From an uncultured Gemmatimonadaceae bacterium (lineage in GTDB: Bacteria; Gemmatimonadota; Gemmatimonadetes; Gemmatimonadales; GWC2-71-9): a stretch of 64,000 nucleotides of DNA. Each line of letters begins with the position of its first letter. Position 1 is the first letter of the stretch. The translations under genes were made by a program, and so were the position numbers. The notes under the pieces were generated by a model. The model did no database searches, had not been told where the DNA came from, and worked only from the letters and a program-made list of their open reading frames with translations. Shown piece after piece: positions 54,596-63,840 of the stretch. The stretch covers positions 1,652 to 65,651 of the forward strand of contig CAZRCT010000009.1 in the NCBI GenBank assembly GCA_964598655.1, read 5' to 3'.

Positions 54596-55852
54596 GTGCG
54601 CCGCCTCCTTGCCGCCGCCAGCGCCAGCCTCGTCCTGCTCGCCGCCTGCTCCGACTCCGCCACGCAGTCGGAGTCGCCGATCGTGCCGCGCGCCTTCGAC
54701 GTCTCGCCGCCGGCGCCGTGTCCCACCGTGGACCAGACTCGCGCGCTCCTCAAGGAGCTCTACGCCTCGGCCACCCGCCAGGCGCAGCTCAACACCACCA
54801 TCAACACCATCCGGAGCCGGATGGCGGCCGGCAACCAGCCCGGTGCCCAGGAGCTGGTGCTCCTGACCACCCGCTCGGTCCTCGCCGACTTCTACGCCGG
54901 CACCCTCATCGGCGGCCAGGGCGCCAGCACGCAGGCCAAGACCCGCGACTTCATCAACGGGCTCTTCTGCCTGGCCGGGCTGCCGCAGCCCAACGTCAGC
55001 CTCGACCCCGACGCCACCGCCGGCGTCGTCGGCCCCACGTCGGGCACCACCACGCTGGTGACGCCGACGCAGTTCGCCGGCGTCCAGGTGCCGGGCGGCG
55101 CCGCGCCGCAGCTCACGCTCATCAAGGTGCGCCGCCTCCCCGACGCGCCCACGCCGCTCTTCACCCCGCTCGACCAGTACCCGGCCTTCTACGAGTTCGA
55201 GGCGTTCCCGCCCACCACCTTCGGCACCGACCTCACCGTCGGCGTCTGCCAGGCGGACATCTTCTCGCCCACCGACTACGCGCGCCTGCGGGTGGCGCAC
55301 AACGTCGGGACGCAGGCCGTCATCCTGCCGCTGGTGGCGGCGCCGTTCCTCGACTGCACCACCCTGATCGGCGCCGCGCCCTTCTACCCGGGCCTCAAGG
55401 GGTACGCCAGCCGGGGCCTGCACTGGATGACCACCATGGTCCTCCCCGCGCCGGCCTATGCCATGGCGCTCGGCTCCTGCTGCATCGCGGGCAGCACCAA
55501 GAGCTTCAGCCCCTTCGGCGCGGTGGATCCGCTCACGATCCTGACCCTGGACCCGCCCACCACCATCACGGGCGCCCCGGGCTCCAACGTCCCCGTCAAC
55601 CTGCTGCCGCGCGTCTTCCTCAAGACGCCGCTCGGCCGGCCGGTGCCGGGCGCCACCGTTACCTTCACGCTCAACGCCGGCAGTGACGCCACCATCGGCG
55701 GCACCTCGATGGTCACCACCGCCAACGGCATCGCCGAACTGGGCTCCTGGAAGCTCGGCACCGACGGCCGCCCGGACACGGTGTTCATCAACGTCACCCC
55801 GCTGGCCAACACCACCGTGCAGGACAACGGCCAGTACTACGTGGCGCCCTGA
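54596..55852 (+). CDS. Lipoprotein paralogous to the N-terminal domain of the upstream gene, plus one Ig-like domain
   Basis: GTG 54596 (VRRLLAAASASLVLLAACSDS lipobox). Shared blocks with the 51776 gene: LDQYPAFYEFE vs LDQYLFRYELT, ARLRVAHNVG vs ARLALAHDVA, GSTKSFSPFGAVD vs GTTKNLSPFGAVD, GATVTFTLNAG. Confidence 0.65.
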   Translation: MRRLLAAASASLVLLAACSDSATQSESPIVPRAFDVSPPAPCPTVDQTRALLKELYASATRQAQLNTTINTIRSRMAAGNQPGAQELVLLTTRSVLADFYAGTLIGGQGASTQAKTRDFINGLFCLAGLPQPNVSLDPDATAGVVGPTSGTTTLVTPTQFAGVQVPGGAAPQLTLIKVRRLPDAPTPLFTPLDQYPAFYEFEAFPPTTFGTDLTVGVCQADIFSPTDYARLRVAHNVGTQAVILPLVAAPFLDCTTLIGAAPFYPGLKGYASRGLHWMTTMVLPAPAYAMALGSCCIAGSTKSFSPFGAVDPLTILTLDPPTTITGAPGSNVPVNLLPRVFLKTPLGRPVPGATVTFTLNAGSDATIGGTSMVTTANGIAELGSWKLGTDGRPDTVFINVTPLANTTVQDNGQYYVAP

Positions 55853-55870
55853 CCCGCCCGGCCTGACGCA

Positions 55871-55905
55871 CGAACGGGCGCCGTCCACCGGACGGCGCCC
55901 GTTCG
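55871..55905. terminator. Bidirectional hairpin between the second lipoprotein and TPR genes
   Basis: CGAACGGGCGCCGTCC-acc-GGACGGCGCCCGTTCG, a perfect 16-bp stem. Confidence 0.6.
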
Positions 55906-55925
55906 GCTTCCCACCCTTCGCTCCG

Positions 55926-57572
55926 CTAGAACCGGCTCGACGTCAGCACCACGTCCGCCCCCTGCCACGCCGCCTGGAAGCGCGCGGCCACCTGCTCCGC
56001 CTCCGCCTTCTTGCCCTGCGCCCGGAGCGCCAGCTCCAGTCCCTTGAGCGACCAGCCGTTCTCCGGGAACCGCGCCAGGTCCTGCCGGTACACCCGCTCC
56101 GCCTCGGCCGGCTGGTTGATCAGCAGCAGCGCCTTCCCCAGCGAGTGCCGCACCGGGAAGTACCAGGTGGGCGGCTCCATGTAGCCCAGGCCGTCCTCGA
56201 GGAACATAGCCTCACGGAAGATCCGGGCGGCCTCCCGCGGATTCCCCTGCCGGAGCGCCACCTCACCCAGCACCATCCGGGCGGCGATGCGCATGGCCAC
56301 CCGGTTGTCACCGTCGGGCATGGCCGCGGCCACGGCGCTCACCGTGTCGCCGGCGGCCCGGGCCTCGCCCCAGCGGTGCGCCGCGGCCAGCGCCACGCCG
56401 CGGGCGTACTGCGCCATGCCGTACGTGTAGCGCAGGTCGGCCGGCGGGAGCGGCTCGGCCAGGATGGAGTCGTACTGGCCGAACGTCACCATGGTCCACC
56501 AGACGATGGGCGTCACGCCCTCCACCCACGGCTGCTGCCGCGCCACCTCGTAACCCACGCTCGCGGCCACCTGCCGCGCCGCCTCGAGCGCCAGCTTCGA
56601 CTGGCCCGCCATGCTGGCCGCGAAGCTCATGAAGTGCCAGTTGTGCGGGTAGTAGGCCAGCGCGTAGAGCCCCTTGGCCTGGCCCGCCGGCCCCTCGAAC
56701 AGGTGCTGGTCGGCGTGCACCGCGTGCCGGTTGGCCTCGATGGCGTCCCGGTACCGGCCCACCCGGATGTAGATGTGCCCGGGCATGTGCACCAGGTGCC
56801 CCGCCCCCGGCATCAACGCCGCCAGCCGCTCGGCGCACGGCACGGCCGCCGCGGGATCCTTGGCCTCCACCGCATGGATGTAAAGGTGGCAGGCGCCCGG
56901 ATGGTTCGGGTCCCGGGCCATGGCGCGCTCGAGACGGGCCAGGATCACGGGCGTTGCCGGGCGCGGCGTGCCGTTCTTCTCCCAGTAGTGCCATGGCGAG
57001 AGGTCCATCAGCGCCTCGGCGTGCAGCGCCTGCAGCTCGAGATCGGCCGGGTACTCGTCGGCCAGCTGGCCCACCGCCTCGGCCCAGACGCTGTCGGCGG
57101 TGGCCCGCGCGGCGCCGGTCGCGTAGCGCGCCACCAGCGCCGCCACCAGCCCGCGCTCCCGCGCGTCGCCCGCCTCGGCCAGCCGCTCGGCGCGGGCGGC
57201 GATCGTCGCGGCCCGCGCCCCGGTGGCCGAATCCATCGGCGCGTTGATGTTGGGCCCGAGCGCCAGCGCCTGCCCGGCCACGCAGAGGGCACAGGCCGGG
57301 TCCAGCCGCTCCGCCTCGGCGAAGGCGCGGAACGCCTCCTCGTGGTTGAACGCCCAGTAGAGCCGGAGCCCCTGGTCGAAATACGCCTGCGCCGCCGGGG
57401 TGGCGGTGCGGACGGGGTAGTGCAGCGCGCCGAGGTTGTCGTACAGCGGCACCGCGGCACCCGCGGTGGCCGGGGCGTGCTCGTGGCCGTCGTGCGCGGC
57501 ATCGCCCTGCGCCTGGACGGCGGGGGCCACGGCCAGGGCGGCGGCGAGGATTGTCAGGGGAAGCCGGGACAT
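55926..57572 (-). CDS. Secreted TPR-like helical-repeat protein
   Basis: Signal peptide (MSRLPLTILAAALAVAPAVQA), a His-rich stretch (AAHDGHEHAP), then TPR-like repeats. AGGAG lies 6 nt upstream of the ATG. Confidence 0.65.
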   Translation of the reverse strand: MSRLPLTILAAALAVAPAVQAQGDAAHDGHEHAPATAGAAVPLYDNLGALHYPVRTATPAAQAYFDQGLRLYWAFNHEEAFRAFAEAERLDPACALCVAGQALALGPNINAPMDSATGARAATIAARAERLAEAGDARERGLVAALVARYATGAARATADSVWAEAVGQLADEYPADLELQALHAEALMDLSPWHYWEKNGTPRPATPVILARLERAMARDPNHPGACHLYIHAVEAKDPAAAVPCAERLAALMPGAGHLVHMPGHIYIRVGRYRDAIEANRHAVHADQHLFEGPAGQAKGLYALAYYPHNWHFMSFAASMAGQSKLALEAARQVAASVGYEVARQQPWVEGVTPIVWWTMVTFGQYDSILAEPLPPADLRYTYGMAQYARGVALAAAHRWGEARAAGDTVSAVAAAMPDGDNRVAMRIAARMVLGEVALRQGNPREAARIFREAMFLEDGLGYMEPPTWYFPVRHSLGKALLLINQPAEAERVYRQDLARFPENGWSLKGLELALRAQGKKAEAEQVAARFQAAWQGADVVLTSSRF

Positions 57573-57669
57573 GACGCTCTCCTAGGGGAAGGGGGGCGCC
57601 CGGCACCCGCCGGGCTCCATCCCCGTATTGCGCTAGCCCGTCCCCGGACCCGACATTAGCAGCGAGCCC

Positions 57670-58251
57670 ATGAGCGACGACCACCTCGCATTCCCCGGCG
57701 AAGTGACCCGCCTCCTCCACGCCCTCGGCGCGGGGGAAGCCACCGCCTACGACCAGCTCCTCCCCCTGCTCCAGGCCGAGCTCCACCGCGCCGCCGAGCG
57801 CCTGCTGCGGCGCGAGCGGCCGGGCCACACCCTCCAGCCCACCGAGCTGGTGCACGAGGCGTGGCTGCGCATCGCGGACGGCGAGACGCCCGATTTTGCG
57901 TCACGCCAGCACTTCCTGGCCGTGGCCGCCCGCGCCATGCGCCACGTGCTGGTGGACCACGCCCGTCGCCGCCTGGCCAACAAGCGGGGCGGCGGCGCCC
58001 TCGCCGTCTCGCTCCCGGGCGAACTGGCGAGTCCCGCGCCCCCCGAGGAGATCCTGGCGCTCGACGAGGCGCTGGAGCGGCTGGCGGAGCACTCGCCGCG
58101 GCTCAAGCAGGTGGTGGAGTTCCGCTTCTTCGGCGGGCTCGAGGAGGCGGAGATCGCCTCGCTGATGGGCGTCACCACCCGCACGGTGCAGCGCGACTGG
58201 GCCAAGGCGCGCGCCTGGCTGCACCAGGAGCTGGCCCAAGGACCGCGATGA
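57670..58251 (+). CDS. ECF sigma factor (Sig70_X6 / ECF43-like type)
   Basis: VTRLLHALGAGEATAYDQLLPLLQAELHRAAERLLRRERPGHTLQPTELVHEAWLRI is characteristic of the kinase-associated ECF family. The region 4 HTH is EIASLMGVTTRTVQRDW. Confidence 0.8.
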   Translation: MSDDHLAFPGEVTRLLHALGAGEATAYDQLLPLLQAELHRAAERLLRRERPGHTLQPTELVHEAWLRIADGETPDFASRQHFLAVAARAMRHVLVDHARRRLANKRGGGALAVSLPGELASPAPPEEILALDEALERLAEHSPRLKQVVEFRFFGGLEEAEIASLMGVTTRTVQRDWAKARAWLHQELAQGPR

Positions 58252-61004
58252 CCGACGGCGGGCGCTGGCGGCTCATCGAGGAGCTCTTCGACGGCGCGCT
58301 CGACCAGCCGGCGGACACCCGCGCCGCCTGGCTCGAGCGCGCCACCTCGGACACCGACCTTCGCAACGTGGTGGCGCGCCTGCTCGCCGCCCACGCCGAG
58401 GAGGGCGGCATGCTCGACCGCCCCCTCCCCCTCCCGCCCGACCACTCCGCCGCCCAGGCCCGCCTGACGGAGATCCTCGGCGACCGCTACACCCTCGAGC
58501 GCGAGATCGGCGAGGGCGGCATGGCCACGGTGTTCCTGGCCCGCGAGCGGAAGCACGACCGCCCCGTGGTCATCAAGGCCATGAACCCCGAGGCCACGCT
58601 GGCCTACGGCAACCGCCGCTTCCTCGACGAGGTGCGGGTGGTGGCCCGCCTGGCGCACCCGCACATCCTGCCGCTGCTCGACTCCGGCATCTCCACGCCG
58701 AGCGGCCGCACCACCGGCGGCAGCGCGCACGGGCCGACGGTCGAGTACCTGTACTACGTGATGCCGTACCTGGGCGGCGAGACCCTCCGCACCCGGCTCC
58801 GCGAGGAGGGCGCGCTCCCCTACCCCGTGGCGCGGAAGCTCCTCACCGACATCGCGAGCGCGCTCGCCGCCGCGCACCAGGCCGGCATCGTGCACCGCGA
58901 CCTGAAGCCCGAGAACGTCCTCCTGGTGGGCGACCACGCCTACCTGCTCGACTTCGGCATCGCCTTCCTGCGCCACAGCGGCCGCATGGAGCGCCACACC
59001 GGCGAGGGGCTGGCGATCGGCACCGTCGGCTACATGGCGCCGGAGCAGTCCTTTGGCGGGGAGACCACGCCGGCCGCGGACATCTACGCCTGGGGTGTGC
59101 TGGCGCGCGAGATGCTCACCGGCCGCTCCCCCGACGCCTTCCGGGACTTTGCGCAGACCCTCCCGCCGGACGTGCCGGCCGGCCTGGTGCAGCTCGTCCG
59201 GGCCACCCTGGCCGAGGCGCCCGCGGACCGGCCCAGGGACGGCGCGGCGCTGCTGGCGCGGCTCGAGGCGCTCGAGGACGGCGCGCCCGCGCCGCCCGCG
59301 CCCCGGCGCCGCGCCTGGGCGATCACCACCCTGCTCGTGGTGGCCGCGGCCGCCGTGCTGGTGGCGCGCGGCCGCGCCCCGCGCCTCGATCCCGGCACCC
59401 TGCCGCAGCCGGTGGCCGTGCTCAGCTTCCGCAACGAGACGGGGGACTCCACCCTCGGCACCTGGGGTCACCTCGCGGGTGACTGGGTGACGCAGGGCCT
59501 GCAGGAGGCGGGCGTGGTGCAGGTGGTGCCGTGGAGCGCGGCCCAGGGCGTGGAACTGGCGGGCGCAGCCGACCCGGTGGCGGCCCTCCGCCGCGAGACG
59601 GGCGCCGGCACCGTCATCAGCGGCGCCTACTACCTGGTCGGCGACCGGCTCCGCTTCCAGGCCCAGGTCATCGACGCGATCCGCGGCACCGTCCTCGCCG
59701 CCCCCGCGCCCGCCCTCGCCCCGCGCGACTCCGCCGACCAGGCCGTGCAGGTGCTCCGCACCCGCATCATGGCCGCCCTCGCCATCCGCGCCGACAGCGA
59801 GCTGGGCGGCATCCCCGGCCTGGCCGAGCGGCCGCCCACCTTCGAGGCCTACCGGGCGTTCGAGCGCGGCATGCGCGCCCACCTGGCCGGGCAGTACGAC
59901 AGCGCCACGGTGGCCTTCCGGGAGGCGTTTGCGCTGGACACCACCTTCGGCGTGGCGCTGGTGCACGCCGCGCTCGACCTCTGGAACACCAGCGACTACG
60001 CCGCCATCGACACGCTCCTCACCGAGCTCCGCCGGCGCGACCTGCCGCTGGCCCCCTACCACGAGCTGATGGGCGAGTACCTCCGCGCCCTGCTCCGGGG
60101 CGACGGGCTCCGCGCGCTGGCCACCATCCGCCAGGCGGAGCAGCAGGGGCCGCACCCGCGCGGCGGCTACGCCGTGGCCTGGGCCGCGCTCAACGTCTAC
60201 CGCCCCTACGAGGCGCGCGAGGTGCTGCGCCGCCTCGATCCCACCCAGGGGATGCTCCGCAGCTGGGCCCCCTACTGGACCCAGCGCGCCCACGCCGAGC
60301 ACCTGGTGCGCGACCACGACGCGGAACTCGCCACCGTCCGCGCCATGCGCGCCCAGCACCCCGACAGCCGTGTGGCCGTGGTCCTGGAGGTGCGCGCCGC
60401 CGCGGCGCTCGGCCGCGAGGCGCTGGTGGACTCGCTCCTCGACGCCGCCGCGAGCCTGCCCCCCGACACCTACTGGTCCTACGGCGCGGCGCTGGTGGTG
60501 GCGGGGGAGGAGTTCGCGGCGCACGGCCGCGGCTTCCGCAGCAACGCCTACTACAAGCGCGCCATCACCTGGCTCACCACCCAGCTGGCCCGCGATCCCC
60601 GGAGCCGCGTCCACCGCTACTGGCTCGGCAGCGCGCTCTACGACGCCGGCCGCTGGCCGGAGGCCGAGCCCTGGTTCGCCTCACTGGCGCGCGACTTCCC
60701 CGACCGCCTCGACTACCGCGGCATGCACGCCCTCTGCCGCGCCCGCGCCGGCCACCAGGCCGAGGCGGAGCGCCTCCTGGGGCCGCGGCCCGCCTACAAC
60801 CCCGGCGCCCACACCGTCATGCGCGCGCGCCTCGCCGCCGTGGCCGGCCACGGCGACGAGGCGCTCACCCTGCTGAGTCAGGCGGTGGCGGAAGGCTACG
60901 AGGGCTGGGCCTGGTTCCACGCCGTCGCCTTCCGCGACATGAGCGCGCTGAGCGAGTCGCCCCGCTACCGCCGCCTCCTGGCCGCCGACCAGCCGCTCCC
61001 CTAG
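58248..61004 (+). CDS. Hanks Ser/Thr kinase with TM helix, TolB-N-like module and TPR-like tail
   Basis: ATG 58248 overlaps the sigma-factor stop (ATGA). GEGGMATVF, VIKAM, HRDLKPENVL and DFGIAF; a TM helix; VAVLSFRNETGDS; then a helical-repeat C-terminus. Confidence 0.85.
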   Translation: MTDGGRWRLIEELFDGALDQPADTRAAWLERATSDTDLRNVVARLLAAHAEEGGMLDRPLPLPPDHSAAQARLTEILGDRYTLEREIGEGGMATVFLARERKHDRPVVIKAMNPEATLAYGNRRFLDEVRVVARLAHPHILPLLDSGISTPSGRTTGGSAHGPTVEYLYYVMPYLGGETLRTRLREEGALPYPVARKLLTDIASALAAAHQAGIVHRDLKPENVLLVGDHAYLLDFGIAFLRHSGRMERHTGEGLAIGTVGYMAPEQSFGGETTPAADIYAWGVLAREMLTGRSPDAFRDFAQTLPPDVPAGLVQLVRATLAEAPADRPRDGAALLARLEALEDGAPAPPAPRRRAWAITTLLVVAAAAVLVARGRAPRLDPGTLPQPVAVLSFRNETGDSTLGTWGHLAGDWVTQGLQEAGVVQVVPWSAAQGVELAGAADPVAALRRETGAGTVISGAYYLVGDRLRFQAQVIDAIRGTVLAAPAPALAPRDSADQAVQVLRTRIMAALAIRADSELGGIPGLAERPPTFEAYRAFERGMRAHLAGQYDSATVAFREAFALDTTFGVALVHAALDLWNTSDYAAIDTLLTELRRRDLPLAPYHELMGEYLRALLRGDGLRALATIRQAEQQGPHPRGGYAVAWAALNVYRPYEAREVLRRLDPTQGMLRSWAPYWTQRAHAEHLVRDHDAELATVRAMRAQHPDSRVAVVLEVRAAAALGREALVDSLLDAAASLPPDTYWSYGAALVVAGEEFAAHGRGFRSNAYYKRAITWLTTQLARDPRSRVHRYWLGSALYDAGRWPEAEPWFASLARDFPDRLDYRGMHALCRARAGHQAEAERLLGPRPAYNPGAHTVMRARLAAVAGHGDEALTLLSQAVAEGYEGWAWFHAVAFRDMSALSESPRYRRLLAADQPLP

Positions 61005-61023
61005 GACGCGGCCCGGCGCCACC

Positions 61024-63450
61024 TCATTCGTATCGCAGCGCCACGATCGGGTCCACCTTGAGCGCCCGCCGGGCCGGCAGGAAGATGGCCGCGAGGCAGG
61101 TGAGCGCGAGCACCACGTTGACGCCCGCGTACATCAGCGGGTTGGCCGTGTTCACCTGGAACAGCACCAGCCCGAGCCCCTTCCCCAGGAAGAACGCCAG
61201 CACCAGCCCCACCGACAGCCCCACCAGCACCTGCACCGCCCCCTGCTTGAGGAAGAGCCCCAGCACGTCCTGCGATCCCGCGCCGAGCGCCATCCGCACG
61301 CCCACCTCCCGGGTCCGCTGCGCCACCCCGAAGCTCACCACCCCGTACACGCCCACCGTCGCCAGGAAGAGGGCGGCGCCGCCGAACGCCACGAACAGCG
61401 CCCCGAACACCTCGTAGAACCACCCCTGCTGGTAGATCGCCTGGTCGAGCGTCCGGGCCCAGTAGATCGGCTGGTCGGGATCGATGCCGCTCACCACCCC
61501 TTCCACCGCCTTCTGGAGCGCCATCGGGTCGCTGCCCGACGCCACCACCGCCACCGACAGGAACTGGTAGTTCCCCTGCTGCACCGGCACGTAGATCGTG
61601 GTGCCGAGCTGGTGCTTGCTGTCGGTGCCGTCGGTGGCCACGTCCGGCACCACGCCGACGATGGTCCGCCACGGCTCCTTGCTCTTCGAGTCCCCGAGCC
61701 GCACCCGCTTGCCGAGCGCCGACTCGCCCCCGAAATGCCGGGTGGCGAAGGCCTTGGACACCACCGTCACCGGCAGGCCGGCCTGGTCATCCTCGGGCCC
61801 GAGCAGCCGCCCCTCGAGCGGCGCCAGCTTGAAGGCCGGGAACCACCCCGGCGTCACCGCGATGAACCGCGTCTCCGGATAGTCCCAGTCCTGCGCATAC
61901 GCCTTCCCCTCCACCCCGAACCGGTCCGACCAGGCGCCCATCCCCGGCAGCGTCGTGGACAGCGCGGCGCCGCGCGTGTTGGGCACTTCGCCGAGCCGGC
62001 GGTCCAGCTCCAGCCAGAAGCGCTTCCGGCTGGTGCTGTCCGGGTAGGTGGCCTCGAAGAGCCCGAGGCGCGCGGTGAAGGTGTTGCCCGTCGGCACGCC
62101 GTAGTCGAAGTGCGCCCGCTGCACCACGCTCTGGATCATGAACCCCGCGCCGACCAGGAGCCCGCCCGCCAGCGCCAGCTCCACCATCACCAGCGTCCGG
62201 CTGAACCGCCCGAGCCGCATGGAGCTCGACCCGCGCGCCTCGTCCTTGAGCACGTCGTAGAGGCTCCCCCGGGTGGCCTGCAGCGCGGGCACGAGCCCGC
62301 TCACCAGTGCGGCCAGCAGCGAAATGCCGAGCACAAACGCCAGCACGCCCCCGTCGAGGTGGATCTGGATCCAGTACGGCGGCTCCGTGTCGCGGATGGC
62401 ATCCATGAAGAGCTTGCAGCCGTACCACGCAATTCCCGTCCCGAGCACCCCGCCGATCAGCGAGAGCATCAGCGACTCCGCCAGGTGCTGCGTCAGGATC
62501 TGCCACCGGCTGGCGCCGAGCGCGGTGCGGATGGCCACCTCCCGGGTGCGCACCGCCGCCCGCGCCACCAGCAGGTTGGCCACGTTGGTGCACGCAATGA
62601 GGAAGACGCCGAATACCGCCGCCAGCATGGTCCAGAGCATGGCCCGGGGCTCGTCGTCCACATAGAGGTCGGTGAATTCCTTGACGATCGGCGAGACGCC
62701 TTCGTTTTCCTTGACGTGCTCCGTCCCCAGCCGCTTCGCGATGGCGAGCAGGTCCTGCTGCGCCGCGTCGATCGTGACGCCGGGCTTGAGCCGCCCGATC
62801 ACGTCGAAGTGCTCCCCCTCGCCCCAGGGCTGGGCCAGCGGGTCGGCCACCCGGGGCAGCCAGAGCTTCGAGGTGGCGGGGAATTCGTACCCTTCCGGCA
62901 TCACCCCGATGATCTCACGGGTGACGCCGTTGACCCGCATCGTCTTGCCGATGATCGCCGGGTCCCCGGCAAAGCGCCGCTGCCAGATGCCCCATCCCAG
63001 CACCACCACCGGCGCCGCGCCCTGCTTCCCCTCTTCCTCCGTGAAGGTCCGCCCCATGAGCGGCGCCACCCCCACGATGGGGAACACCGACGGCGAGATG
63101 TACCCGCCATCGAACCGCTCCGGCGGCCCCTCAGGCCCGCTCACGTTCACCGTCCCCTCGCCGAACCCGCCCAGGTCGGTGAAGCTGTGCTGCCCTTCCC
63201 GCCACGCCGCCAGGTCGCTCGCCGGCACCCCGTCCCGCTCGATCTGCTGGCTCGGCCGGGTCCGGAGGATGTGCACCAGCCGGTCCCCTCCCTCGATGGG
63301 CAGGCCCCGCAGGAACGCCCCCCAGACAATGCTGAACATGGTGGCCGTGAGGCCGATCCCGAGCGCCAGCGCCACCACCGCAATGACCGTGAGGCCCGGA
63401 TACTTGACCAGCATCCGGACGCCCTGCCGAAGATCGGCCAGGAAGGACAT
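61024..63450 (-). CDS. ADOP-family duplicated FtsX/MacB-type ABC permease
   Basis: Start chosen at ATG 63450 (MSFLADLRQGVRMLVKYPGLTVIAVVALALGIGLTATMFSIV), preceded by AAGGAG. It contains two MacB periplasmic-domain plus FtsX units. No ATPase gene is adjacent. Confidence 0.85.
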   Translation of the reverse strand: MSFLADLRQGVRMLVKYPGLTVIAVVALALGIGLTATMFSIVWGAFLRGLPIEGGDRLVHILRTRPSQQIERDGVPASDLAAWREGQHSFTDLGGFGEGTVNVSGPEGPPERFDGGYISPSVFPIVGVAPLMGRTFTEEEGKQGAAPVVVLGWGIWQRRFAGDPAIIGKTMRVNGVTREIIGVMPEGYEFPATSKLWLPRVADPLAQPWGEGEHFDVIGRLKPGVTIDAAQQDLLAIAKRLGTEHVKENEGVSPIVKEFTDLYVDDEPRAMLWTMLAAVFGVFLIACTNVANLLVARAAVRTREVAIRTALGASRWQILTQHLAESLMLSLIGGVLGTGIAWYGCKLFMDAIRDTEPPYWIQIHLDGGVLAFVLGISLLAALVSGLVPALQATRGSLYDVLKDEARGSSSMRLGRFSRTLVMVELALAGGLLVGAGFMIQSVVQRAHFDYGVPTGNTFTARLGLFEATYPDSTSRKRFWLELDRRLGEVPNTRGAALSTTLPGMGAWSDRFGVEGKAYAQDWDYPETRFIAVTPGWFPAFKLAPLEGRLLGPEDDQAGLPVTVVSKAFATRHFGGESALGKRVRLGDSKSKEPWRTIVGVVPDVATDGTDSKHQLGTTIYVPVQQGNYQFLSVAVVASGSDPMALQKAVEGVVSGIDPDQPIYWARTLDQAIYQQGWFYEVFGALFVAFGGAALFLATVGVYGVVSFGVAQRTREVGVRMALGAGSQDVLGLFLKQGAVQVLVGLSVGLVLAFFLGKGLGLVLFQVNTANPLMYAGVNVVLALTCLAAIFLPARRALKVDPIVALRYE

Positions 63451-63583
63451 GCCCAAGGCTCCTTGGTTGGATGCCCCTAGAACGCCATTCAGGCCCTGCA
63501 GGTTTCCGACTGCAACACGTGAAACGTCACCGCTGCCGGGCTCGGAGAGGCGAGGGTGTCGAGTGGCCCGGGGGCTCGCCGGG

Positions 63584-63627
63584 GAACCACAGAGGCACAG
63601 AGGACACGGAGGCCACAGAGAACCACA
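63584..63627 (+). repeat. Left arm of a CACAGAG-type short tandem repeat array
   Basis: GAACCACAGAG GCACAGAGG ACACGGAGG CCACAGAG AACCACA, i.e. 8-9-nt units of NCACRGAGG. Confidence 0.8.
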
Positions 63628-63680
63628 ATCGATGGGGGTGCCTGTTCGGGTCCGGCAGCGCACTCCACCCGCCGTGGGAC

Positions 63681-63733
63681 CCCACCCCAAAACCACCCGA
63701 GCCCGGGTTGGCAGCGCGCCAACCCGGGCTCGG
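63681..63733 (-). terminator. Intrinsic terminator downstream of the RskA-like gene
   Basis: CCGAGCCCGGGTTGGC-agcgc-GCCAACCCGGGCTCGG (63697-63733), a perfect 16-bp stem. On the minus strand it is followed by GTGGTTTTGGGG. Confidence 0.7.
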
Positions 63734-63773
63734 TTCCTCCGTGCCCTCTGTGCCCTCTGTGACTCTGTGGTTC
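63732..63773 (-). repeat. Right, inverted arm of the CACAGAG-type array
   Basis: The reverse complement reads GAACCACAGAG TCACAGAGG GCACAGAGG GCACGGAGG AACC. It shares the 11-nt GAACCACAGAG with the left arm. Confidence 0.8.
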
Positions 63774-63840
63774 TGCAGTTGCCGTTCCTCAGCGGCCGGT
63801 CGCGCCCCTGAGTGGACTCACACCAGCCCCCACCCCACGC

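Noticed and set aside
63489-63762. Small ORFs (77 aa on the minus strand, 68 aa on the plus strand) across the repeat and terminator region.
   Set aside because: Their sequences are dictated by the repeat units and the hairpin. They have no ribosome-binding site and no coding-like composition.
63584-63773. The CACAGAG repeat arrays as a possible CRISPR array.
   Set aside because: The units are only 8-9 nt and directly abutting, with no spacers. They occur in inverted orientation, and no cas genes are present.
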